A DNA stretch of 64,000 nucleotides from a virus, in IMG/VR virus record IMGVR_UViG_3300032242_001694. One strand, given 5' to 3'. Below the pieces are notes generated by a model. The model saw only the letters and a program-made list of their open reading frames with translations. It was not told where the DNA came from and searched no databases. Shown here one piece after another: positions 53,853 through 62,800 of the stretch (the first letter of the stretch is position 1; each line of letters starts with the position of its first letter). The position numbers and the translations under genes were made by a program.

Positions 53853-54173
53853 TTAGAATGTTCCCCCATCTAGGGAATTTACTGAGATCGTTAGTGGTTC
53901 CACTACGTATTTTCCAGTGTCGGCATGATATACTAGAGTCGATCCGTCTTGAGGATAGTCATCCACCACGTCAAGTAAGTTCTTGAGATAGCCTTGATTT
54001 AGCGAGCCGGCATTATTCTTAATACTTATAGGAGCGTTTGACTGAGTAGTAGTTAGCGCTACCGTGTTAGAAGAGATTCCCCTAGGACTTTGGATCGTGG
54101 CCTGTAATGCAGTCGCCGATGGTATACTAGCAACTACATTATTGTACTTTTTAAGATTAGCATTGATGGTCAT
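53853..54173 (-). CDS. virion structural protein
   Basis: L..L.DV....DG..LVY module, DGGTF end. Confidence 0.7.
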   Translation of the reverse strand: MTINANLKKYNNVVASIPSATALQATIQSPRGISSNTVALTTTQSNAPISIKNNAGSLNQGYLKNLLDVVDDYPQDGSTLVYHADTGKYVVEPLTISVNSLDGGTF

Positions 54174-54493
54174 CTCGATACTCTTGGATTAACCGTTACT
54201 ATTCCTTCTACCACTCTAGTGATTGTGTTGGCTGTATCTTTAAGAAGAACGTCGTAGACGTACCTATCGTAGGTCAAGTTAGCCGTTTGGTTAGAGCTCA
54301 GAGCTAGAGCGATTGAGCCATTCGAGACCGTTACCGTGAAGTCTGTGGCAGTGTTCGAGGTGTACCACCTGCGAATCTGTGAGTTGGCCGTGTAGCCGGT
54401 AAGGTCCAGCGCATTCCCGGCATCATCAGTTAGAGCCACAGATGTATGAAATGTGGTTCCCTGATCGATCGTTATGTTTGCTTTGGTTGCCAT
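54170..54493 (-). CDS. virion structural protein (BppU-like Ig fold)
   Basis: ANI.IDQG..F...DLTGY...RYVYDV...RVVEG...V.P. Confidence 0.75.
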   Translation of the reverse strand: MATKANITIDQGTTFHTSVALTDDAGNALDLTGYTANSQIRRWYTSNTATDFTVTVSNGSIALALSSNQTANLTYDRYVYDVLLKDTANTITRVVEGIVTVNPRVSR

Positions 54494-54515
54494 GCCGAGC
54501 TCCTAGTATTTCTCA

Positions 54516-54523
54516 TATTTATA
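54516..54523 (-). promoter_or_regulatory. T4-type late promoter
   Basis: TATAAATA overlapping the upstream stop. Confidence 0.6.
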
Positions 54524-57032
54524 CAGATACGGCTGTTCTAACAAAGTTAACAATAACGGATGCATCGGCCGGAGTAGCGTATAGCTGAATATTGGTCGTA
54601 GCTTTTGTTACACTTAAGCTAATAATTGGCGTAGCAGACGTGTTGATAACTGCATACTCGGTCGCAAAAGCTGTGGTTCCGTCGTGCATTACAAGCACTT
54701 TAGAAGACTGCCAAGACGTTGAGTTGGAAGCTTGGATAATGTACTCAGCAGTTCTATAAGAACCGGCTGGGAAAGTATCAATCATCGAGTTTGAAGTACT
54801 TGAGAATCCGTATGAGTTGGAGAATACGTAAGCTAAGTTATTAAGATTGATGTTATTCGCTGCTATGTTACCAGCAGAAGTCGTGCCGGTAATTGTAACA
54901 GTATTAGAGAAAGTAGCTGCGCCAGTCACCGCGATGGTATTAGACAGAGTGGCCGAGCCAGTTACTGCAATTGTATTCGAAAGAGTCGCGGCTCCGGTAA
55001 CGCCAAGAGTAGTTCCGACATTGGCAGATGACTGGAGATTTGCAGAACCAACCACATTTAATGTATTCGAAAGAGTCGCGGCTCCGGTAACTGCAATGGT
55101 GTTTGACAAGGTAGCGGCTCTAGTCACCGCGACTGTGTTAGAGAAAGTAGCTGCTCCGGTTACCGAGATCGTATTTGAAAGGGTAGCAGCTCCAGTTACC
55201 GCAATTGTATTAGAGAAAGTAGCGGCACCAGCGTGACTTGAAGTATTGCTTAGAGTAGCTGTGCCTGTTACTGTTAAGTTTGATGACAGAGAAGCTACGC
55301 CAGTTACTGTTAAGTTTGACGATAGAGTAGTATCACCTGTAACTGCTAAAGTGTTGCCTAGAGTAGCTGCCCCTGTAACATTGATAGTGCTGTTTGAGTC
55401 TATGGATGTGGCAAATAGACCCCATCTCTTATAAACACCAGCTGAAGTTCCAAGATAGTACGAGCTATCAACCGGTACTATGTTACCTGTACTCGTTCCA
55501 GTATAGTTAACGTTTCCTGATACATAAAATTCGCCGTTAACGATTAGATTATTAGCTACGGTAAGGTAGCCGTTAACGCTCAAGTTTGAACTTACAGAAG
55601 CAGAGCCGATGCTCACGCTTCCCAACAGTGAGCTGTTGCCTGTAACATTCAGTGTATTGCTTAGAGTAGCTGAGCCGGTAACAGCGATTGTGTTGCTTAG
55701 AGTTGCAGCTCCAGTTACCGAGATGGTATTCGACATCGTGACACCGCCGGTAATGGCAGCGTTACCCAAGATATTAGCCGTGCCTGTAACTGCCAAATTG
55801 TTGCCTAGAGTCACAGCTCCAGTTACAGAGATAGTATTTGAGAACGTACCATTCCCAGTAACGATTAAATTTGCCGACAGCGTAGTTAATCCGGTAACCG
55901 TTAGCACGCTACTCTGAGTGTTTCCCAGAGTCGATAGACCGGTAACATTGAGGGTATTGCTTAGTGTAGTTGCACCGACTACTCCTAGAGTATTGGCAAC
56001 GTTGGCAGTAAACTGAAGATTTGCTGCTCCAACCAAGTTCAAGGTATTAGATAGAGTAGCGGATCCAGTGACCGCGATTGTGTTGCTTAGCGTGGCAGCT
56101 CCAACAACTCCGAGTGTAGACCCAACGTTAGCAGATGACTGGAGATTTGCCGCTCCAACTAAGTTCAGGGTATTTGACAAAGTAGCCGCGCCAGTCACGG
56201 AGATCGTATTGCTTAGAGTGGTGTTGCCAGTCACTGCAATGGTATTAGATAAGACTAAGTTGCCGGTAATGATGGCTGAGTTATTAAGAGTAGCGTTGCC
56301 GACTTGAATAAGTGTACCGCCGTGAAAGACGTTTCCAGAGATATTAGCAGTGCCGGTTACCTGCAGCTTAGCATTTGGATTGGTGTTCCCGATACCTACG
56401 TTGGCACCAGAAGTAATACGCATCACTTCGTTAGTAGATAGGGTACCATTTGCGAAGAAGTTAATGTACTTCTGACCGGCAGTACCGATAGCTAGGTTGG
56501 TGTTACCAGTGTATAGATAACCGTCAGATCCGCCGCCAATTGTCCAGTTAGAGTTTGAATAGTTAGAGCCTGAAATACCAAGGTCGATAAAGTTACCAGA
56601 GACTATGCCACCATTGTCGTATAAAGCGATGTCTACAGATGTGTTTGTGCCGTTATTAGCATTGGTAAGAACCAACTCAACGTAGTTATTCTGGTTACCA
56701 TAGCCTTCAAACAGAGATGAGTTTGTAGTTAGGTATCCCATGATAACGTTCATGGAAGTGTTGCCAACGCTTAAGAGCGCATTTACTTGAGTATTGGTAG
56801 TGATGGTAAGAAGAGCGTTAGAAGTTAAGTTACCGCCTGAGATGGTAGTAGCAAACAGAGAGTTTGTGCCAAACATGCCGTTGACGAACCCATTGCCGGT
56901 ACTTACAGAACCTCCAAGAGTGCTGTCTACCGTGACGATATTTGAAGATAAAGCCGTAACTAGGTCATTGGTTCTGGAAAGCCAAGTACCAAAAGTCTGA
57001 GTATTCGTTACGGAAGTTAAATTAATCGTCAT
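54519..57032 (-). CDS. long tail fibre shaft protein
   Basis: TF..W...TN N-terminus, many 12-aa repeats, C-terminal IDTF...YRTAEYIIQ domain. Confidence 0.82.
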   Translation of the reverse strand: MTINLTSVTNTQTFGTWLSRTNDLVTALSSNIVTVDSTLGGSVSTGNGFVNGMFGTNSLFATTISGGNLTSNALLTITTNTQVNALLSVGNTSMNVIMGYLTTNSSLFEGYGNQNNYVELVLTNANNGTNTSVDIALYDNGGIVSGNFIDLGISGSNYSNSNWTIGGGSDGYLYTGNTNLAIGTAGQKYINFFANGTLSTNEVMRITSGANVGIGNTNPNAKLQVTGTANISGNVFHGGTLIQVGNATLNNSAIITGNLVLSNTIAVTGNTTLSNTISVTGAATLSNTLNLVGAANLQSSANVGSTLGVVGAATLSNTIAVTGSATLSNTLNLVGAANLQFTANVANTLGVVGATTLSNTLNVTGLSTLGNTQSSVLTVTGLTTLSANLIVTGNGTFSNTISVTGAVTLGNNLAVTGTANILGNAAITGGVTMSNTISVTGAATLSNTIAVTGSATLSNTLNVTGNSSLLGSVSIGSASVSSNLSVNGYLTVANNLIVNGEFYVSGNVNYTGTSTGNIVPVDSSYYLGTSAGVYKRWGLFATSIDSNSTINVTGAATLGNTLAVTGDTTLSSNLTVTGVASLSSNLTVTGTATLSNTSSHAGAATFSNTIAVTGAATLSNTISVTGAATFSNTVAVTRAATLSNTIAVTGAATLSNTLNVVGSANLQSSANVGTTLGVTGAATLSNTIAVTGSATLSNTIAVTGAATFSNTVTITGTTSAGNIAANNINLNNLAYVFSNSYGFSSTSNSMIDTFPAGSYRTAEYIIQASNSTSWQSSKVLVMHDGTTAFATEYAVINTSATPIISLSVTKATTNIQLYATPADASVIVNFVRTAVSV
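54850..56300 (-). repeat. two blocks of 36-nt/12-aa repeats (TGAATLSNTxxV)
   Basis: visible in translation; DNA repeats such as GTATTCGAAAGAGTCGCGGCTCCGGTAAC at ~54973 and ~55063. Confidence 0.8.
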
Positions 57033-57247
57033 TTAATGGTTCTTTCTAAAAGTATCTTTAGCATGTCTTTAACTTCACTTACTTCAGATTTTAGATCGTC
57101 ATAGTCATTCGCTATGCTGGCAAGTTTAAGTCTGAGAGCTCTTTCTTCTTTATATTTATTCAAGCCTTCTAGATCTCTACTTACGATTGCCTTACTATTA
57201 GCGTCTCTGAGTAGATCTTTATGATCATAAACACCTTGATACTTCAT
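57029..57247 (-). CDS. small conserved virion-morphogenesis protein
   Basis: L.RD..S.AI...D, C-terminal coiled coil. Confidence 0.75.
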   Translation of the reverse strand: MKYQGVYDHKDLLRDANSKAIVSRDLEGLNKYKEERALRLKLASIANDYDDLKSEVSEVKDMLKILLERTIK

Positions 57248-57248
57248 G

Positions 57249-59768
57249 TTATACCTGCAGAGCTAGAGCTCTCATATCTTCTGCTCTAGGAATAAGGGCA
57301 GGAGAGTCAGCTGTTGGAACAATCTTAATAGCAAAGTTCTTAAATGAATCATACACTACGTCGCCGGAAGAGACGTATCTTGCAATTCCATAGTTGTTTG
57401 AGAACTTAAACGCAGCGTCGGCATGCTCGAGACCTGGAATGATTCCTAGATCTGCGTTTGTAGAAGTAAATGACGGCGCAGATGTGAGAACGATATTGGT
57501 GATATTGCTGGTTGAAGTTAAGTTTCCAGTATAGCTAACTTGGCGAACGATGAATGTATTTGAAGAAGTATCGTAGAGATACACAAAGTCGTTGTTAGAA
57601 ATCCCTGCTGTAGAGCTGACTGTCACGTTTGGAGAAGTAGTGTTGCATGATAGCCCGCTTGCAAGCAGAAGGTTACTTGCTGGTAAGTCATAGACTAGCT
57701 CAACGAAGTCATTCTTATTGACTCCACTTGATAAGAGTGCTGCAGGTGAAGTCTCTTGCAAGCGGCTCCAAATCTTAGCAGTTGGAAGTTCTGGATCATA
57801 GATGTTGATAACTTTACCATAGACTTCAAAGTTTGTCTTGGCTGGTCTATAAGCTGTGAGATAAACTTTAAGATCTTCGGCGTCTTGGCCATCGGCTAGA
57901 ACTGCGTTCTTTGAGATGTATCTAGAAGACATCGGGAAGACGTTGGTGTTATATCTCTCGCCCACCTCAACAGTAGAAGATACGTATGCGTTGATGCTGG
58001 TATTGTCGGTTGCAACAATATTATAACCAGAAACAAATGTTCCGGTTGTATTTGTTACATACATTGATCCTTCTTGCGAATAGAGCAAAACACCGGTAGC
58101 AATATTTGCAGAGCCATTTGATTGATAAAGAGTGTTAACTGTTCTCCATGCGCCTTGGCTATTAGAAGTATAGATCTTAAAACCAGAAGTATTAGAAACA
58201 GTCTGGTTTTTAGTCATAGTAGCATAGTTCATAATTGGATCAATATATGGAGAGATCTTTGAATTGTTTGTATTAAAAGTAGCTTTAATTCTAAATGAGT
58301 TATTACTAGAATCCATGAACTTTTCACTGCTTCTTGATTTTAGCATATAAGTTGCATCGGTAAGCTCAGTGTCTTTATTATTATAGACTTTAATATAATC
58401 GCTATATGCATTATTAGCATAGTACTTGCCTTGAAACTCATAACTTATATTTGTACTTTTTGTAGAAGAGTCTGAGAAATTTGGAATAACTGCATTATAA
58501 GGTCTATTAGACGTACCTTTACTTACAGCAGAAGACTTAGTAAATAGACCAATGAAGTATTGATCATAAGAGTGCAAGAAATTAGAAGTAATATTGGTAT
58601 TTGGTTTAAGTAAGAAAGCAGTAGTTGTAGTAAAATCTTGGCGAGGTCCCGGATCGCTTGACTGCGGGCCGCTATACAAGCCATACATGTTATACTTGTC
58701 TCCTCTTACTTGACCAAAGAGACATGAGGTATCGCTAAATGAGTTATTGGTATTTAAAGCAAGTGCAGTTGAGTTAACAACAGAAGTCACATACACAACA
58801 TCCATAGCCGATCTGTTGCTTGTTCCAACATACAAAGCCATATTAGCATAATAGATATTAGCCGTACTGTTTCCAGTAAATGGAACTCTTATAATTGAGT
58901 TAGAGTAAGAGACCACAGAATTATTCACTGCTGAGATGTTAGCAGATGCGCTAGATGTAACACCAATTACTCGATAACCACTATCTGAAGTAGTAAAAGA
59001 ACCTGTGGTATTCTGAATGTACATAGTGCTTGTGTTAGCAACATAGACTACACCGGTTGCAACGTTGGCAGTACCATTAGATTGATATACGGACTCTCCT
59101 GCGGTAAAAGTACCCGTATTAGCGTTTACGGTCATTGCCGTATGTTTGAACGCTGCGTTTGACAAGAAGATAGGTTCGTTAGGCTGGAAAGATCCTGCTA
59201 GAGAAGAAAAGATGATGTTCTCTTCTTCGGTCATTACGTATGTAGCGATTCCAGGAGAAGTGCTAAATTCAGCTCTGTAGATAGTGAACTTAATATCTTC
59301 AGTTTGAATAGAAGTAAACTGAACATCATTGGATGACAGGAATAAAGTACCGGTGTCATTATTCTTATCGATTGGAGTTTTATTTGTAACGTCTGTCCCG
59401 TTGATCTCAGCTGTCCAAACTGTGTATTCTGGATTACCTCCAAGCGGAGTAAGAACAAATGCGTATGGAGTCATAGACTGTACGACTACTGGTTGTTCGA
59501 GCTCGAACGTAACCGGGATTGTGGCATCTGCAGATGCTCTAATGATTGGGGTGCCGTTAGCATATGTGTCAACTACGTGAAGAGTAGATGTTCCACCGGG
59601 AAGAGTATATGGTGTTGGATTACCATTATCGGTGGTTCTAATCTGGAGAGTAATACCTGCAGTGGCGCTTACCGACTGGAAATACACGTCAATTTTAGTA
59701 ATGACTACTCCTTCAACGCCACCTTGAGCTTCGTTGATGTAGAATGTCTGTGCAATAGGTTTACTCAT
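57249..59768 (-). CDS. virion structural protein (C-terminal part of DUF4815-type protein)
   Basis: PIAQTF, IT.IDVYF, G.LF.S.N...EDIKF.IYRAEF, F..FAIKIV...P...D.RA.AL. Confidence 0.8.
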   Translation of the reverse strand: MSKPIAQTFYINEAQGGVEGVVITKIDVYFQSVSATAGITLQIRTTDNGNPTPYTLPGGTSTLHVVDTYANGTPIIRASADATIPVTFELEQPVVVQSMTPYAFVLTPLGGNPEYTVWTAEINGTDVTNKTPIDKNNDTGTLFLSSNDVQFTSIQTEDIKFTIYRAEFSTSPGIATYVMTEEENIIFSSLAGSFQPNEPIFLSNAAFKHTAMTVNANTGTFTAGESVYQSNGTANVATGVVYVANTSTMYIQNTTGSFTTSDSGYRVIGVTSSASANISAVNNSVVSYSNSIIRVPFTGNSTANIYYANMALYVGTSNRSAMDVVYVTSVVNSTALALNTNNSFSDTSCLFGQVRGDKYNMYGLYSGPQSSDPGPRQDFTTTTAFLLKPNTNITSNFLHSYDQYFIGLFTKSSAVSKGTSNRPYNAVIPNFSDSSTKSTNISYEFQGKYYANNAYSDYIKVYNNKDTELTDATYMLKSRSSEKFMDSSNNSFRIKATFNTNNSKISPYIDPIMNYATMTKNQTVSNTSGFKIYTSNSQGAWRTVNTLYQSNGSANIATGVLLYSQEGSMYVTNTTGTFVSGYNIVATDNTSINAYVSSTVEVGERYNTNVFPMSSRYISKNAVLADGQDAEDLKVYLTAYRPAKTNFEVYGKVINIYDPELPTAKIWSRLQETSPAALLSSGVNKNDFVELVYDLPASNLLLASGLSCNTTSPNVTVSSTAGISNNDFVYLYDTSSNTFIVRQVSYTGNLTSTSNITNIVLTSAPSFTSTNADLGIIPGLEHADAAFKFSNNYGIARYVSSGDVVYDSFKNFAIKIVPTADSPALIPRAEDMRALALQV

Positions 59769-59804
59769 TTGTTCCTCGTGTCTTTATTTCACTGTTCATA
59801 ATAA

Positions 59805-62800
59805 TTAGTCGCCACCACCACCGCCGCCGCCATCACCGCCACCGCCGCCATCACCGCCGCCGCCACTACCGCTGCCGCCTCCGTCTCCACAGCCGCCGCC
59901 GCCGCAGTTATGAACAACAAATCCATCTACTATGTATGTAGAATCTCCGTCAAGATGTAGATCATAGACTTCAAATTCTGGATCAAAGTCATGCTCTTCA
60001 ATCTCAAGATCTGCATAGACAATTTCACAGCCTTTAACCGTGTAGTTGATTAAGATGTCATCTTTATCAAGAGGGTGGTGTCTATTCTCACCCTCTAAGA
60101 ATACAGCGTTTTCTCTATTGTTATCAATGAGGCGATCTGGTCTCCAAGTCTTCCAGCCATTGTTGGTCAAGAACAAGTGATCGTCCGTTGCAAAGAAATC
60201 ATATCCTTTGATCTTGATCATCTTTCTATCTTGAACTGTAGTCTTCTTAGTTCCAACTACAGTATTTGGACCTTCTTTACCATGAACTTTATCGCCAATA
60301 ATAATGTCAGCGATTCTTTTGTAAGCGCCATCAGCCATAAGAACTTTAGCGTTTGGATCAAAGCAGCAACCGGTGCCGCCATCCCAACCACCGCCAGGAC
60401 CTGGTTCAGGAGCTGGTGCAGGAATATATTCTATTGAAGTAGATACAGTGTTACTTACTGTAATCGTGTTAGCATACTGAGTTACTTCTTTAACTGAGAG
60501 AGTAGCTTCTCTAGCTGCAAGAATAGTCTGTCCTTTGAATACTGAAAGATTAGTCGCATAGAACGTTCCCTTAGCTTGAGTGGTAATTGCATCTTTACCG
60601 GTTACCATGTTAGGAACATCAACAATCGTCATCTCAAGAGTGGTAGCTTTGAACTTGTTAGGTGGAATCTGGAACACGCCATACACAGATCCGAATCTAT
60701 TTGTATAGATAGGATCGGCAAAATTACCAATCTTAGTATAACCAGCTGCAATCTTAGCAGTTGTTGGGACACCGCAACCTGAGCCAATTGGCTTGCCATC
60801 TGTGTCGAGAGCAGATTGAGACGCGGTAGGAGTGTACCAAGGCTTACACCAGTCGGTCACGTGCACGTCGTTCATGAACATATAGACGCGAGTGAATGGC
60901 TTAAGACCATGAGCAGTTATATTAACGGCCTGTGACTTAACATAAGGAAGGATCTGAACATCTGTTACGTTTTCGCCTAAGTTATAGTTTTTAGTGCTTG
61001 TGGTAACGTCCATCTGCATGCCAGATCGAGTAGAAGTTGTACTTGTAGTTGTAGTAGTCTTCTGCTGGTATGTCTTACTTTGATTGCCGTACTTATCAGT
61101 CACGTCAGCTTTAAGTTCTTTCGGCCCTGGCTGGTTTACCGTCTTGCTCGTTGTATTCCAAGCACCCCACTGTGAACCAAACGCAGAAGCACCTAATGCA
61201 ACCCAGTTAGCAGCTAGATCAATAGCTACTGTTACGTCTGGAGACTTCTGCATGTCTGGCATAGTTGCGCCAGGCGGATCAAAAGTTACTTCGCCTCTGT
61301 ATGTGTAGATATTACCTTCGATACAATTTCTATACTTGCTAGCATATGATTGTGTAATGTAAGGAACATCTGTATGGGCTAGCCAAACTGACTTATTTTT
61401 CTTCTGAACAACGTTAGAGCTCTGGTTGATGTCTAGATCTAAAGGTCTCTGGAACCTTAAGAAGTATGGTCTAAGCTCAGTTTTATCTGCATCGATAGAT
61501 GAATTGATATTTGGATCATTCTGGTCTGAGATCATATGATCTGCAAATGAGTCAACCATGATACCATTCTGGAATCTATTCTGACCGGTAGTGCCTGAGC
61601 GAACTAGAGTATCTTTAGTAGCTTTTTCAAGCAGAGACAGAGACGTGTAGTACTCAAGATTATCAATCTTGTTTGATAGGACGTTGATGTCCTTCATGGT
61701 ATAGCGCTTATTCTGAGTAATAGTGGTAGTAACTTGGTAGTCGTACCTGTTGTATGTCTTAGCTTCTGGACTTGAGAGAGTAGGATACGGAGGCACGTCG
61801 ACTACGCCGAGTGTCATAGATCCAGCTTCTTCTGGAGGAAGCGTTGGAGTGAAAGATGGCTCTCCTTCTAGAATAGCAAAAGAACCGTCTATTCTAATGA
61901 TCGCGCGATCTTTTCTACCTTTATATACGGCGAGAGTTGTCTCAAAGTTTTCATCCGGTGTTGGGACGTATGCCGACAGGCCGGTGATCTTAAGATTCAA
62001 CGCGTTGGAAGGATTGGTTGTCGAGCTTCCAAGAGTAGTGGTAACTACCGCAGTATTTGTAGCGAATGGTCTAAAGTCAATACTGTCTCTTAGATCAAAG
62101 ATAGATCCATCTTGCGCAGTGAACTGTGGGATTTCTTGAATTGTAATCGTAGTGCTGTTTGCAGAAGATGCCAGAGGATATGAGTTAGCTGTGAAGTAAC
62201 CTTTACCTGAAGTGTATGTGTAAGAGAAGACATCAAAATCAACAACAATTCTAGAGTCGGTTGTTAAGATATTTCCCTTTGGTGTAATAGAAGCTAAATC
62301 ATAGTGGCTGTCTCTTTGGCCATTATCAAAAAAGAACGACGACTTATAGTCAGTGCCTGAGTTAGCCGGTGTCGCAGAGTTGATATAGATCGCATTAATC
62401 TTGGCGACGTCTGGAAGACCAAGTGAGTATGGACCAACCGTATTAGCTGAATGACTTGCGCAGTTGATAGTTACCATAGCATGCTTGGTGATCTGCTTAG
62501 AGATTGGAACAGTTCCAGATCTCAAGATGTCGTAGTAAGCTACTGCGTTAAATGCCGAGTCTACTAACTCACCAAGACTAAAAGTTAGAGAAGTTGAGCC
62601 TGCGTTAACAAAACGATTGATGCTGCCAGAGTTCTTGCTAAAGTCGATTGGAACACCAGCTGGGAAAGCTTTCTTAGCGGTATTAGCTCCGGTAGCGCTA
62701 AATGTATTAGCATAAGGAGTAGTAACCGTCAACAGAGTATTGCTTGAGATCACATTAATGCATCTTGTCACGGAGTTAATAGTGATATAGTCTCCAGGCA

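Noticed and set aside
54850-56300. CRISPR-like periodic repeats
   Set aside because: 36-nt period is in-frame coding repeat with synonymous variation, no unique spacers and no cas genes
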